In this document: in pieces, positions 18,905-28,486 of the stretch
Layout: each line of letters begins with the position of its first letter
How positions within the stretch are numbered: the stretch's first letter is position 1
From: Faecousia sp.
Lineage (GTDB): Bacteria; Bacillota; Clostridia; Oscillospirales; Oscillospiraceae
Direction of reading: 5' to 3'
Length of the DNA stretch: 64,000 nt
Assembly (NCBI GenBank): GCA_051867165.1
Contig: JBJDYI010000272.1
Coordinates: 1,341 to 65,340 of the forward strand
Position numbers and translations under genes: made by a program
Notes under the pieces: model-generated
Database searches by the model: none
Seen by the model: only the letters and a program-made list of their open reading frames with translations
What the model was told of the DNA's origin: nothing

Positions 18905-19936
18905 ATGAAAATGGGTTACGACAATCTGAGACTGGAAAAGGGTATGTATCGTCAGGCGGGCAAGAGCTTCACCCAGGTGCTGGAATCTCTGGATCCCAGC
19001 GAAAACTACCGGGGTACCGCCCTGGAGGGCAGCGATGCCTTTCAGCGGCAGCTGAAGCGCTTTGGCATCCGGGCCAAGGGTGCCGGTTCTTCTCCTGTGG
19101 AGAAATTCTTCGCCACTTCTGATTCTGCGGTGCTGTTTCCCGAGTACATTGCCCGCACCGTCCGTCAGGGCATGGAGGAAAATGATATCCTGCCTGCCAT
19201 CACCGCCACCACCACGGTCATCGACTCCATGGACTACCGTTCCATCTACTCCAATCCCACCGATGCGGATAAGGAACTGAAGGAGGTTGCAGAAGGCGCC
19301 TCCATTCCTGAGACCCAGATCAAAACCAAGAGCAATCTGGTGTCCCTGACCAAGCGCGGCAGAATGTTGGTGGCATCCTACGAAGCTCTTCGCTTCCAGA
19401 AGCTGGATCTGTTCAGCGTCATGCTGCGGCAGATCGGCGCCCACATCCAGAAGCAGCAGCTGGCGGATGCGGTGGATGTGATCGTGAGCGGCGACGGCAA
19501 TGACAACGCGGCCACCCAGTACACCATCGGCACCTCCCCCATTTCCGGCACCAAGGGCACCATCACCTATGATCAGCTGGTGGAATTCTGGGGCAAGTTT
19601 GATGCCTTCACCATGAACTGCATCCTCTGCTCCACCCCCACCATGACCAAGCTGCTGAAGATTGAGGAACTGCAGAATCCTCTCACCGGCCTGAATTTCC
19701 AGGGCACCGGCCACATGGGTACTCCTCTGGGCGCCCAGCTGCACCGTACCTCCGCCGTGGCTGATGATGTGATCATCGGTCTGGACAAGCGCTATGCCCT
19801 GGAGCTGGTTCGGGCCGGCGATGTGCTGGTAGAGTATGACAAGCTCATCGACCGACAGCTGGAGCGTGCTGCCATCACTTCCATTTCCGGCTTTGGCAAG
19901 ATTTGTGACGGCGCTTCCCTGATCCTGAACGTATGA
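18905..19936 (+). CDS. Major capsid protein (HK97-fold, inferred)
   Basis: Position and size (343 aa); VLFPEYI, VAEGASIPE and KRGRMLVASYE motifs; strong C-ending codon bias. Confidence 0.85.
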   Translation: MKMGYDNLRLEKGMYRQAGKSFTQVLESLDPSENYRGTALEGSDAFQRQLKRFGIRAKGAGSSPVEKFFATSDSAVLFPEYIARTVRQGMEENDILPAITATTTVIDSMDYRSIYSNPTDADKELKEVAEGASIPETQIKTKSNLVSLTKRGRMLVASYEALRFQKLDLFSVMLRQIGAHIQKQQLADAVDVIVSGDGNDNAATQYTIGTSPISGTKGTITYDQLVEFWGKFDAFTMNCILCSTPTMTKLLKIEELQNPLTGLNFQGTGHMGTPLGAQLHRTSAVADDVIIGLDKRYALELVRAGDVLVEYDKLIDRQLERAAITSISGFGKICDGASLILNV

Positions 19937-20289
19937 TGCTGACGGAACAGGTGTATACCCAGGCTGCCCTGCTTGCAGGGCAGCTGGATGCCCAGCAGAC
20001 GGAACTGCTGAAGATTTTGTGCCAGGTGGCATCCCGCAATCTGGAAAACCGGCTGCGCAGCGGCCTGACGGTGGAGGACTGCCGGGCGGATTTTGTGGCT
20101 GCAGCCAGCCTCTTTGCCCTGGCGGCGTTGCAGGAAGCCGGAAAAAGCAACGCCCTGGAGGAGCTACGGGCCGGGGATCTGACGGTTAAGCGCCGCGGTA
20201 TGGATACCTCCTCCCGGTGTCTGCAGCGGCAGGCGGAGCTGATCATCGGGCCATTCCTGGAAGACGGATTTGTCTTTGTGGGGGTGTAG
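19933..20289 (+). CDS. Putative head-tail connector/adaptor
   Basis: 118 aa helical protein directly after the capsid gene; RAGDLTV motif. Confidence 0.6.
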   Translation: MMLTEQVYTQAALLAGQLDAQQTELLKILCQVASRNLENRLRSGLTVEDCRADFVAAASLFALAALQEAGKSNALEELRAGDLTVKRRGMDTSSRCLQRQAELIIGPFLEDGFVFVGV

Positions 20290-20290
20290 G

Positions 20291-20635
20291 ATGCTATCAT
20301 TGATCCAAAATGTCCTGACAGAATACGGGACAGACATACAGGTAACCAGCGGGGAGACCACAAAGACAGTCCGGGGATTTTTCCGGGCTGTCAATTCCAA
20401 AAGCTGGCAGAGCATGGAAAGTGAGGCTACCCTCCTGGGAGAGGTTACCCGGGGCCAGTATTCCTACATTGGCCCGGCTGAGGGCGATGTCCGGGAAGGA
20501 GATACCCTGGCGCTGGGGGAAAAACTGTATCTGGTGCGCCGGGTGGAGCTGTATTATTTTGGAAACCAGCCCATTTATCAGTGGGGGCTGTGTGTCGAGA
20601 AGGGTGTGAATGATACTTGGGGATCTCAATCCTAG
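20291..20635 (+). CDS. Putative head-closure protein
   Basis: Beta-rich, about 114 aa, VREGDTL..GEKLYLVRRVE; position in the operon. Confidence 0.55.
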   Translation: MLSLIQNVLTEYGTDIQVTSGETTKTVRGFFRAVNSKSWQSMESEATLLGEVTRGQYSYIGPAEGDVREGDTLALGEKLYLVRRVELYYFGNQPIYQWGLCVEKGVNDTWGSQS

Positions 20636-21318
20636 AACAGGTGCTGCAGCAGCTTCGCAATGAAGAATTTCAGGCGGATGTGGCCTATCCGGGCCAGAAG
20701 TATCCCAAGATCAGCAAAACCGTGGCGGCCGTCCACATCCAGAAGGTGGACCGGGCCAATATGACAGTGACCCTGGAGGTCAATATCATTACCCCGGCGT
20801 CCCTGGGCGGCACAGCCTGTGAATTGGAGGCACTGCGGGCCACGGAGGTGCTGCAGCTGGATGGTGCAGTCTGCGTGCAGAATTCCTGCAGCTATGACGG
20901 CGCCTCTCAGGTCTATGTGGTGGCGGTTCTGGCCACCTATACCTGTGTTACCGAAGCGGGCAGCTGCACCCTGGGGCCAGGTTTTGAGGTGTACATCAAT
21001 GACCGGCTGCAGCATTTTGCGGTGTCCTTTGAAGAAGAGGAAATCCGGGGGGATCAGGCGGAATTTGCCATGGGGGAGGCAGACGCCGTGGGAATCAGCC
21101 CAGGCAGCCGATTGTGGCACATCACCCTGGAAGAATTGATTCTGCCGGGATCTCCGGAAGCGGTGGAACCCACGGGCGCCTTTAAGCTGAAGGTCAAACG
21201 GGCAGCCGGTACGGAAATTTTTTATCAATGCCGTTGGCAGTCTGTCCGACGGGTGTTGGACCGGTCCGGGCTGCGGCGGATCCGGAAGGGAATTTCCCTG
21301 CTGAAAGAGGTGGAATAA
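20617..21318 (+). CDS. Hypothetical virion protein (possibly tail-completion-like plus a second domain)
   Basis: Overlaps the previous gene; function inferred from position only. Confidence 0.5.
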   Translation: MGISILEQVLQQLRNEEFQADVAYPGQKYPKISKTVAAVHIQKVDRANMTVTLEVNIITPASLGGTACELEALRATEVLQLDGAVCVQNSCSYDGASQVYVVAVLATYTCVTEAGSCTLGPGFEVYINDRLQHFAVSFEEEEIRGDQAEFAMGEADAVGISPGSRLWHITLEELILPGSPEAVEPTGAFKLKVKRAAGTEIFYQCRWQSVRRVLDRSGLRRIRKGISLLKEVE

Positions 21319-21681
21319 ATGGACAAGATGAGCTACAAGACCTTTGTCTGGCCCCAGAATCCCCATACCTACCAGGAGGAATGTATCCGGGAGCCCCATT
21401 TTGTCACGGTGGATCAGGTAAAATACTTTGATGAAATGGGGGATATGCAGCGGATCATCACCGGCCAGGGTACTTTTTTCGGGGACACGGCCATCGCGGA
21501 TTTTCAGAAGCTGGCCAAGCTCTTTGAGGACGGAAATCCAGGCAATCTGCAGCATCCCCAGTGGGGCATCCGATACTGCTACTTCACAGGGCTGGAGCTG
21601 ACCCAGGACCCCAGGGAAAACTGCGTCGCCTATCGGTTTCAGTTTACCCAGGCAAAGACCAACGGCGAGGTTCCCTTCTAA
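21319..21681 (+). CDS. Hypothetical tail/tube-initiator-like protein, last gene of the operon
   Basis: MSYKTFVWPQNP...RIITGQG.F...LQHPQWG pattern; terminator follows. Confidence 0.5.
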   Translation: MDKMSYKTFVWPQNPHTYQEECIREPHFVTVDQVKYFDEMGDMQRIITGQGTFFGDTAIADFQKLAKLFEDGNPGNLQHPQWGIRYCYFTGLELTQDPRENCVAYRFQFTQAKTNGEVPF

Positions 21682-21696
21682 AAGTCAACAGGTAAG

Positions 21697-21721
21697 GGCG
21701 CACCGAAAGGTGCGCCTTTTT
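21697..21721 (+). terminator. Intrinsic terminator closing the head operon
   Basis: GGCGCACC-gaaa-GGTGCGCC-TTTTT. Confidence 0.9.
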
Positions 21722-21784
21722 GCGCAATTGACAGGAATTGGGGAACAGATTATAATGAAGAAAATGACGGAAGGAACAACACCC

Positions 21785-22588
21785 ATGAACCTGATTGAAC
21801 TGCATGATTTTACTGCACCGGAGCTGGATGTTTACGCCCGGCTGACGGAGGCCCAGCTATTAAACCGCCACAACCTGAAAGAGGGCCTCTTCATTGCGGA
21901 AAGCCCCAAGGTCATTGACCGGGCTCTCAAGGCCGGCTGTGAGCCGGTGTCCATTCTGGTGGAGACGGCCCATCTGCGAGGCGAGAGTCAGGAAGTGATT
22001 GAACGCTGCGGGGAGATTCCCGTGTATACAGCACCTTTTGATGTGCTGACCCAGCTGACAGGCTATCAGCTGACCCGGGGGATGCTCTGTGCCATGCGCC
22101 GCCCCCCACTGCCCACGGTGGAGGAGGTCTGTAACAATGCCCGCCGGGTGGCGGTGCTGGAGGACGTGATGAATCCCACCAATCTGGGTGCCATTTTTCG
22201 TTCCGCAGCAGCCCTGGGCATGGATGCGGTGCTGCTGACCCCGGCCTGCTCCAATCCGCTGTACCGCCGGTCGGCCCGGGTCAGCATGGGCACGGTATTC
22301 CAGGTGCCCTGGACCTATCTGGACAGCAACTGGATTGAAACCCTGGGGGCCATGGGCTTTAAAACCTGCGCCATGGCCTTGAAGGACGATTCTTACAGCG
22401 TGGACGATCCTGCGCTTCGCACGGTGGAGAAATTGGCGATCGTGCTGGGTACGGAAGGCGATGGCCTGGCAGCAAATACCATTGCAGGCTGTGACTATAC
22501 CGTGAAGATCCCCATGTACCATGGGGTGGACTCGTTGAACGTAGCAGCCGCCAGCGCCGTGGCCTTCTGGGAGCTGCGGCCTCGATAA
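21785..22588 (+). CDS. TrmH/SpoU RNA methyltransferase
   Basis: NPTNLGAIFRSA, LGTEGDGL, IPM..VDSLNVAAA. Confidence 0.95.
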   Translation: MNLIELHDFTAPELDVYARLTEAQLLNRHNLKEGLFIAESPKVIDRALKAGCEPVSILVETAHLRGESQEVIERCGEIPVYTAPFDVLTQLTGYQLTRGMLCAMRRPPLPTVEEVCNNARRVAVLEDVMNPTNLGAIFRSAAALGMDAVLLTPACSNPLYRRSARVSMGTVFQVPWTYLDSNWIETLGAMGFKTCAMALKDDSYSVDDPALRTVEKLAIVLGTEGDGLAANTIAGCDYTVKIPMYHGVDSLNVAAASAVAFWELRPR

Positions 22589-22694
22589 GAAAAAAGGAAC
22601 GATCTTGTGATCGTTCCTTTTTTGTGTGATGTGTCTGACCTGGTATGTCCCGGAAGGATTTTCATAGGCAGGTCCTGTGAATCGTGCTGTTAGA

Positions 22695-23264
22695 TTACTT
22701 GAAAATCCAGCTGGTGATGGTGCCGTCCTTTTCCACCATAAAGGCATTGTTGGATATTTCCGCCATAGGCTGGTCGGAATAGGAGTCGGAATAGAAGCTG
22801 TCACAGCGTATAATGCCCATCTCTTCTCTCAGCCGGATGGGCTTTTCCGGGCCCCAGCAGTTCTTGCCGGTGTAGAGACCGGTTCTGCTGTCCACCCGGG
22901 AGGCAATCAGGTGCCGGATGCCCAGCCGGGCACAGATGGGCTTCAGCAGAAACTCCGGGGAGGCGGAGATGAGGATATCATCGTCTTTGTGCTGTCTGCC
23001 GGGGTACCAGGGGAAAATGTTCTGCACATGGGTATCCCAGAATTCTTCCAGCAGCCCTTCTGCATCGAAGCCCGTGAAGATCCGGTAGAAAACCTGCTTC
23101 ATGGCGGTTTTGTCCATGGACTTGAATACATAGTGCTTCACTGCGGCCAGTCCCATGCCGGGAAGAAAGCAGATCAGGGTGGGATGCTTTTTGATGGCGA
23201 ACTTCAAAAAATCCACGGTGCTGTCGCCTGCGTACAGGGTGCCGTCAAAATCGTAGATATTCAT
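22695..23264 (-). CDS. HAD-IB family hydrolase
   Basis: YDFDGTL, ISASP, FYSDSYSD. Confidence 0.85.
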   Translation of the reverse strand: MNIYDFDGTLYAGDSTVDFLKFAIKKHPTLICFLPGMGLAAVKHYVFKSMDKTAMKQVFYRIFTGFDAEGLLEEFWDTHVQNIFPWYPGRQHKDDDILISASPEFLLKPICARLGIRHLIASRVDSRTGLYTGKNCWGPEKPIRLREEMGIIRCDSFYSDSYSDQPMAEISNNAFMVEKDGTITSWIFK

Positions 23265-23275
23265 GGCTTTCTCCT

Positions 23276-23752
23276 TTAAGATTCCTTTACCAGCTTCCCG
23301 GTGATGTGCTCCGGCACCAGGCGGAACATCTGCACATTCCGGCTGGAACGTTGAATTTCCTGCTCCACATCATTTGACTCCGGGTAATATTTCAGGCCCA
23401 GCTGCCGGACTGCGGACAGAAGCTGCTCCTGATCCTCCACAAACCGGATCTGGCCAAAGACGATGACGCTTTGAATATTCAGAGCCCATTCCCCCTCTCG
23501 GCGGAAGCCCTGATCCATCACGCAGAAGGATGCTTTGGGGCAGCTGTGGATGGCATCTATTTTATGGCCTGCTTTGGCACAGTGGAAGTAAAGACATCCG
23601 TCGCCTTCGTTGTACCAGTAGTCCATGGGAACGCCGTAGGGATAGCCGTCGTCACCCAGAAGGGACAGCACACCCCGGGGCTCCTTTTTCAGCAGCCGGA
23701 GACAGTCCTCTGCCGACAGCTGCTGCTTTTTTCTTCTCATTTCCCGGAACAT
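23276..23752 (-). CDS. Pyridoxamine 5'-phosphate oxidase/NimA-like flavin-binding protein
   Basis: MRRKKQ, GYPYGVPM, YFHCAKAGHK, SVIVFG. Confidence 0.9.
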   Translation of the reverse strand: MFREMRRKKQQLSAEDCLRLLKKEPRGVLSLLGDDGYPYGVPMDYWYNEGDGCLYFHCAKAGHKIDAIHSCPKASFCVMDQGFRREGEWALNIQSVIVFGQIRFVEDQEQLLSAVRQLGLKYYPESNDVEQEIQRSSRNVQMFRLVPEHITGKLVKES

Positions 23753-23829
23753 AACATCACCTGCTTTTTTGTATTTTGATCAGTATAGCAGACTTTCCGG
23801 CATTTGTACAGGGAGAATCGACCTCCCGG

Positions 23830-24879
23830 TTAATGAACCACGTCGAACAGCCAATTTGTCCGGATTTCTGCCGGGCAGGCCTCCAGCAGAGCGGCATAGG
23901 CTGCGGTGATGCCCACGGAATACTGATCCTTCAACTGAATCACATAACCGGCATCGTTTTTGCCCAGAGCCACATAGGGCCGACCACCCAGGAAGGGGAA
24001 GGCGGCCAAAAGATGGTCACCCACAGCAGCAATGACACTGTCATACTCCTGCTTGTCCAGCTTGGTTTTCAGTTTGGCAGCATCGGCGGCAAACCAGTCC
24101 CAAAAGGCGGAAATGGCTTCGGACTCCAGGGGCATGGCGAAGAACTGAGGCTCGGTGCCGGCCAGAATATTGGCCACGCTCTTTTGGATGGCTTCGTAAG
24201 CGGCGCTTCCATGGGTTTTCAGTGTCTCCAGGCAGGTCTCTGCCGCCTGCTGTTCACCACGGACGGCGTGGAGAATGGCTTCCGGGGCAGCCCGGTCCGG
24301 TGCCGTGGGAACCAGCTCCCGGGACGTGGTCAGGGCGTCGTCTGCTTCCTCATAGCGGTGCATCATCACCAGGCAAGAGAAAAGATTGATGTAGGATTTG
24401 CCTAAAAGCATCCGATCCTGATCGTTCCAATCAGCGCCATCAAAGCAGCGAATGGCAGCGTGGTAGCTGTCGGCGGCCACATCGTAGCAGCAGTGCTCCA
24501 GATGATATTTGGCGGCCTTCAGGTAGGGCAGATAGAAGCCGTGGCCAAAGCTGTTGGCCTGGGCATAGAGCTCCGCCATCTGGTCGAACCGGCCTGCGTA
24601 TTCGCAGAACAGACCCATGAAGTAAAAGTAGGCGGCTTTGTCAGCATCGGTATGGATGTGCTTTTGCAGGGCGTTCAGCTTCAGCAGCGCCTGGGGCAGC
24701 TCCTTGGCGGAGATATGGTTCAGGGCGGCGCAAAGATGGACCTTGGCCTGGAAGTCATCCTGGAAAGCAGGCTTCAAAATGGGGCCGAAGGCCTTCTGGT
24801 GGACAGCCCAGCTTTTCTGAAACTGGGGATTGAAGAAGGACTTCTGGGCCATCTTATCGGCCATGGATTGTTTTTTCAT
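23830..24879 (-). CDS. TPR-like hypothetical protein
   Basis: Ala/Tyr-rich helical repeats; RBS AAAGGAG. Confidence 0.65.
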   Translation of the reverse strand: MKKQSMADKMAQKSFFNPQFQKSWAVHQKAFGPILKPAFQDDFQAKVHLCAALNHISAKELPQALLKLNALQKHIHTDADKAAYFYFMGLFCEYAGRFDQMAELYAQANSFGHGFYLPYLKAAKYHLEHCCYDVAADSYHAAIRCFDGADWNDQDRMLLGKSYINLFSCLVMMHRYEEADDALTTSRELVPTAPDRAAPEAILHAVRGEQQAAETCLETLKTHGSAAYEAIQKSVANILAGTEPQFFAMPLESEAISAFWDWFAADAAKLKTKLDKQEYDSVIAAVGDHLLAAFPFLGGRPYVALGKNDAGYVIQLKDQYSVGITAAYAALLEACPAEIRTNWLFDVVH

Positions 24880-24980
24880 GTGAATCAGCTCCTTTGTTGG
24901 GATTATAGCAGAAAAAAGCGCAGGTGTAAACCTGCGCCAGATTATCGAAAAATCCCTTCGGACTTTTCCGCCAGCTTTTT

Positions 24981-25094
24981 GCAGTCTGCTGTGCGTATCA
25001 TTTTTTCAATAAAGATGCCGCATCCTGTCGTCGAATCCTTCACCGGCCCATGGGGTACCGGTTCGGAGAGCTTCCTGTTTGGATGCGTTATTGG
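24981..25094 (-). repeat. Degenerate copy of the spoIVB 3' end
   Basis: 56/80 ungapped identity of 25001-25080 to 27364-27443, including an exact 18-mer TTTTCAATAAAGATGCCG. Confidence 0.85.
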
Positions 25095-25166
25095 TTCAAA
25101 AATGAACAAAATAATGGTTGACAGAGGGTGCCGGTGGTGCTATATTGATACGGTTCAAAAATGAAC
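25094..25166 (+). promoter_or_regulatory. sigmaA promoter flanked by two identical palindromic MarR operators
   Basis: GTTCA-AAAA-TGAAC at 25094-25107 and 25153-25166; TTGACA 25118, 17 nt, TATATT 25141. Confidence 0.85.
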
Positions 25167-25182
25167 AATCGGAGGAAGATAA

Positions 25183-25629
25183 ATGGAATCCATCAATAAT
25201 GCCGCTTTTTTTGACATTCTGGTCAAAGCACAGAAGCACTATGGCAAGCACCTGGAGCCTGTCTGTAAAAAGTGGCATCTGACCCGCAATGAGCTGGACG
25301 TGCTGCTGTTTCTGAACAACAACCCCCGGTTTGACCGGGCGGCGGATATTGTAAGCTGCCGGGGTATTGCCAAGTCCCATGTGTCGTTGTCGGTGAAGGA
25401 TCTGGAATGTCGGGGGCTGCTGCTTCGACGCTTTGAGCCTGCGGACCGCCGGACGGCCCATCTGGCGCTGACGGAACGGGGCCGGACTGTGGCCGCGGAA
25501 GGCTGCCAGGCCCAGCAGCGGTTTTTCGAGGCGCTTTACGACGGAATTACCGAAGAGGAATTCGCCAGGTGGAAAAGCATCACCCAAAAGGTAAGCGGAA
25601 ATATTGAAAATATGGAAAATGCGGAATAA
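25183..25629 (+). CDS. MarR-family regulator
   Basis: KSHVSLSVKDLE.RGLL, DRR..HLALTERG. Confidence 0.9.
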   Translation: MESINNAAFFDILVKAQKHYGKHLEPVCKKWHLTRNELDVLLFLNNNPRFDRAADIVSCRGIAKSHVSLSVKDLECRGLLLRRFEPADRRTAHLALTERGRTVAAEGCQAQQRFFEALYDGITEEEFARWKSITQKVSGNIENMENAE

Positions 25630-25647
25630 AGGAAAGGAACGTCATTT

Positions 25648-27021
25648 ATGTCTACAAAAGAAAATCAGGATATGGGAACCGGCAGCGTCAGGAAATTGAT
25701 GGCGCAGATGGCGATTCCTGCGGTGGTGGCCCAGGTGATCAACCTGCTGTACAATGTGGTGGACCGGATCTACATCGGTCACATTCCCGAAATCGGCGGC
25801 CTGGCGCTGACCGGTGTGGGCTTGTTTACACCCATGCTTATGCTGCTGACCGCCTTTGCCATGCTGGCAGGTTCCGGCGGCGCACCCCGGGCGGCCATTG
25901 CCATGGGGCAGGGGGACAAGGAAAAAGCGGAAAAGATCATGGCAAACTGCTTCACTGTGCTGCTGCTCCTGGCGGTGGCTCTGACGGCGGTGTTCTATTT
26001 CTCAGCCCCCACACTGCTGCGGCTCTTCGGCGCCTCGGACGCCACCCTGCCCTATGCCTTGCGGTATAGCCGTATTTACATTCTGGGCAGCACCTTTGTG
26101 CTGATCGTCATGGGTATGAATACCTTTGTTACCACCCAGGGTTTTGCCAGGGTGAGCATGATGACCACGGTGATCGGCGCGGCTATCAATATCGTTCTGG
26201 ACCCCATCTTTATCTTTGCTCTGAATCTGGGGGTCACCGGTGCGGCTCTGGCCACGGTGCTGAGTCAGACGGTCAGCGCGGTCTGGATTCTGAGGTTCCT
26301 CACCGGAAAGAAGACCATCCTGAAGCTGCGGCTGCGGAATATGAAGCTGGTGCCGGGCATCATCCTGCCTTGCCTAGCTTTGGGCGTTTCCAGCTTTGTC
26401 ATGGTATCGACGGAGAGCGTGCTGTCCATCAGCTTTACTTCCTCCCTGGCCCGCTACGGCGGCGACGTGGCGGTGGGCGCCATGACGGTGCTGACTTCCA
26501 TCAACCAGCTGGTGACCATGCCCCTGAGCGGCATCTGCCAGGGCGGACAGCCCCTGATCAGCTATAACTATGGTGCAAAAAAGTTCGACCGAGTCAAGGA
26601 AGCCTTCCAGTGCCAGTTTGTGATCTGCGTGTGCTATACGCTGCTGTTCTGGCTGCTGCTGATGGTGAAGCCGGATTTGTTTGCTGGGATCTTCACCAAC
26701 GACACCGCCCTGGTCAGTTACACCGCCTGGGCCATCCGGATCTTCCTGGCAGGCGTGTTGTCTGTGGGCTTCCAGATCAGCTGCCAGCAGGCATTTCTGG
26801 CGCTGGGCCAGGCGAAAAGCTGCCTGCTCATGGCTTGCCTGCGCAAATTGATTCTGCTGATCCCGCTGATCTTCATCCTGCCAAACTTCTTCGCGGACAA
26901 GGCCTTTGCCGTTTTCCTGGCGGAGCCTGTGTCGGACATTCTGGCGGCTGTTATCACCACGGCCACCTTCTTCACCTTCTTCCGCAAGCTGCTGAAAGAA
27001 AACAAGGCTGCCGAAGCCTGA
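25648..27021 (+). CDS. MATE efflux transporter (MepA-like)
   Basis: LYNVVDRIYIG, NIVLDPIFIF, GAALAT, QPLISYNYGA. Confidence 0.95.
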   Translation: MSTKENQDMGTGSVRKLMAQMAIPAVVAQVINLLYNVVDRIYIGHIPEIGGLALTGVGLFTPMLMLLTAFAMLAGSGGAPRAAIAMGQGDKEKAEKIMANCFTVLLLLAVALTAVFYFSAPTLLRLFGASDATLPYALRYSRIYILGSTFVLIVMGMNTFVTTQGFARVSMMTTVIGAAINIVLDPIFIFALNLGVTGAALATVLSQTVSAVWILRFLTGKKTILKLRLRNMKLVPGIILPCLALGVSSFVMVSTESVLSISFTSSLARYGGDVAVGAMTVLTSINQLVTMPLSGICQGGQPLISYNYGAKKFDRVKEAFQCQFVICVCYTLLFWLLLMVKPDLFAGIFTNDTALVSYTAWAIRIFLAGVLSVGFQISCQQAFLALGQAKSCLLMACLRKLILLIPLIFILPNFFADKAFAVFLAEPVSDILAAVITTATFFTFFRKLLKENKAAEA

Positions 27022-27060
27022 TCCCATTCCCAAAGAGGCCGTTCCCAACGGCCCCTTTTA

Positions 27061-27100
27061 CTATTTTACTGTGTCCATCCTATTTTCGATAAAAAAGCCG
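27061..27100 (-). repeat. Second, shorter degenerate copy of the spoIVB 3' end
   Basis: 27/40 ungapped identity to 27344-27383; reads GFFIENRMDTVK* versus GIFIENMLDAAA*, with the stop in the same register. Confidence 0.7.
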
Positions 27101-27147
27101 ATTTATGGTACAAACTCGCCCGGGGAACACCCCGGGCGGGCTCTTCC

Positions 27148-27330
27148 TTACATCTCCTGTTCTACAATCTCTCTTACGATCTGATTCATTTCCCGTTCAG
27201 ACCGGGCGTTGTGGGCTTTCCTGAGAATCTCATTTTTCTCTTCCTTTGTCATCATGGCATAGGCATTGACCGCTTCTTCATTCTGAGCCAGAGCCATGCC
27301 AAAACCAATGGGAACTTCTGCAAAATCCAT
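27148..27330 (-). CDS. Small hypothetical protein (60 aa)
   Basis: MDFAEVPIGFGMALAQN...; strong RBS AAAGGAGGTG right after the spoIVB stop. Confidence 0.8.
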   Translation of the reverse strand: MDFAEVPIGFGMALAQNEEAVNAYAMMTKEEKNEILRKAHNARSEREMNQIVREIVEQEM

Positions 27331-27343
27331 GCTTTCACCTCCT

Positions 27344-28312
27344 TTATGCCGCCGCATCCAGCATATTTTCAATAAAGATGCCGTAGCCCGTGGTGGGGTC
27401 ATTCACCAAAACATGGGTCACCGCGCCTACCAGCTTCCCGTTCTGGATAATCGGACTGCCACTCATCCCCTGGACGATACCGCCGGTGGCGGACAGAAGC
27501 GCCTCGTCTTTGACTTTCAGCAGAAAATTCCGTCCGTCGGCGCGATCCTCCGGATAAATTTTCAAAATTTCCACAGAATACTCCTGGACGCAAGAACCTG
27601 CAATGGTAGAGCGGATTGTGGCAGGGCCGGGTTCCACCTCCTGAAAACTCGCCACTGGCAATGGTTCGCCCTGCCAGCCCTTTTTGGAAACGCCAAAGAC
27701 ACCCTGGGGCGTGTTCCGCAACAACTGCCCGCAAACATCCAGGGCATCCGCACTGCCCTTGAGCAGCCCCGGTTCTCCGCAGAGCCCCTTTTTCACGGAC
27801 ATGACCTGACCGTGATAGGCGGTTCCGGCGGTCATGTTCAGAAGAACGCCCCGGGAATCGTTGACGCCGTGGCCCAGGGTGCCAAAGGTGCTGGTTTCCG
27901 GATCATACCAGGAAACAGTGCCGATGCCGGTGATTCCTTGTTTCAGATAAAGACCCAGACGCGGCCCTTTTTCGGTTTGCTGTGGTGTCAATTCCACAGA
28001 TTTCTGCCGGTTGCCCCGCCGGACGGCCACGGTCACCGGGGATTGCGTGCTGTTTAAGGCGTTCCGGACATCCTCTGCACAGGAAATGGTTCGCCCGTTG
28101 ATGGATAAAATCTCATCCCCGATTTGAATACCGGCATCCCGCGCATTGGCGCCCAGTATATCGTCGAAGGCTGCCACGGTGACGCTGCCGTTTTGAAGCT
28201 GCAGGCCGATGATCTGGCCGCCGGGGATCAGAAGCTGCGCTGCCTGGGCCGTCAAAGGCAGCGCAAAGCATAAGGCAATCGCAAAAGCGATGATGGATAA
28301 TTGCCGTTTCAT
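27344..28312 (-). CDS. spoIVB: SpoIVB peptidase (PDZ + S55)
   Basis: GIGTVSW, TLGHG, TGGIVQGMSGSPIIQNGKLVGAVTHV; upstream GGTTA-N17-CATATTA is sigmaG-like. Confidence 0.95.
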   Translation of the reverse strand: MKRQLSIIAFAIALCFALPLTAQAAQLLIPGGQIIGLQLQNGSVTVAAFDDILGANARDAGIQIGDEILSINGRTISCAEDVRNALNSTQSPVTVAVRRGNRQKSVELTPQQTEKGPRLGLYLKQGITGIGTVSWYDPETSTFGTLGHGVNDSRGVLLNMTAGTAYHGQVMSVKKGLCGEPGLLKGSADALDVCGQLLRNTPQGVFGVSKKGWQGEPLPVASFQEVEPGPATIRSTIAGSCVQEYSVEILKIYPEDRADGRNFLLKVKDEALLSATGGIVQGMSGSPIIQNGKLVGAVTHVLVNDPTTGYGIFIENMLDAAA

Positions 28313-28486
28313 GTTCAGCCCTCCTTTTTTGGTCTGCCCTCTTAATATGGCTTCGATGGTGGAATGTAACCGCTGAAAATGTCGAAAATTCAGGAAGCCA
28401 ATGCCGGGTTTGCCAGTTTTTATCTTGCAAATCAAAGAAGCGCATTGTATGATAATGAGTATCCAATTTTTTTGAAGGAGCACAAT

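Noticed and set aside
15208-21681. Ordinary intact prophage
   Set aside because: No integrase, att sites, immunity, replication, lysis or full tail genes; reported as a domesticated-module candidate instead.
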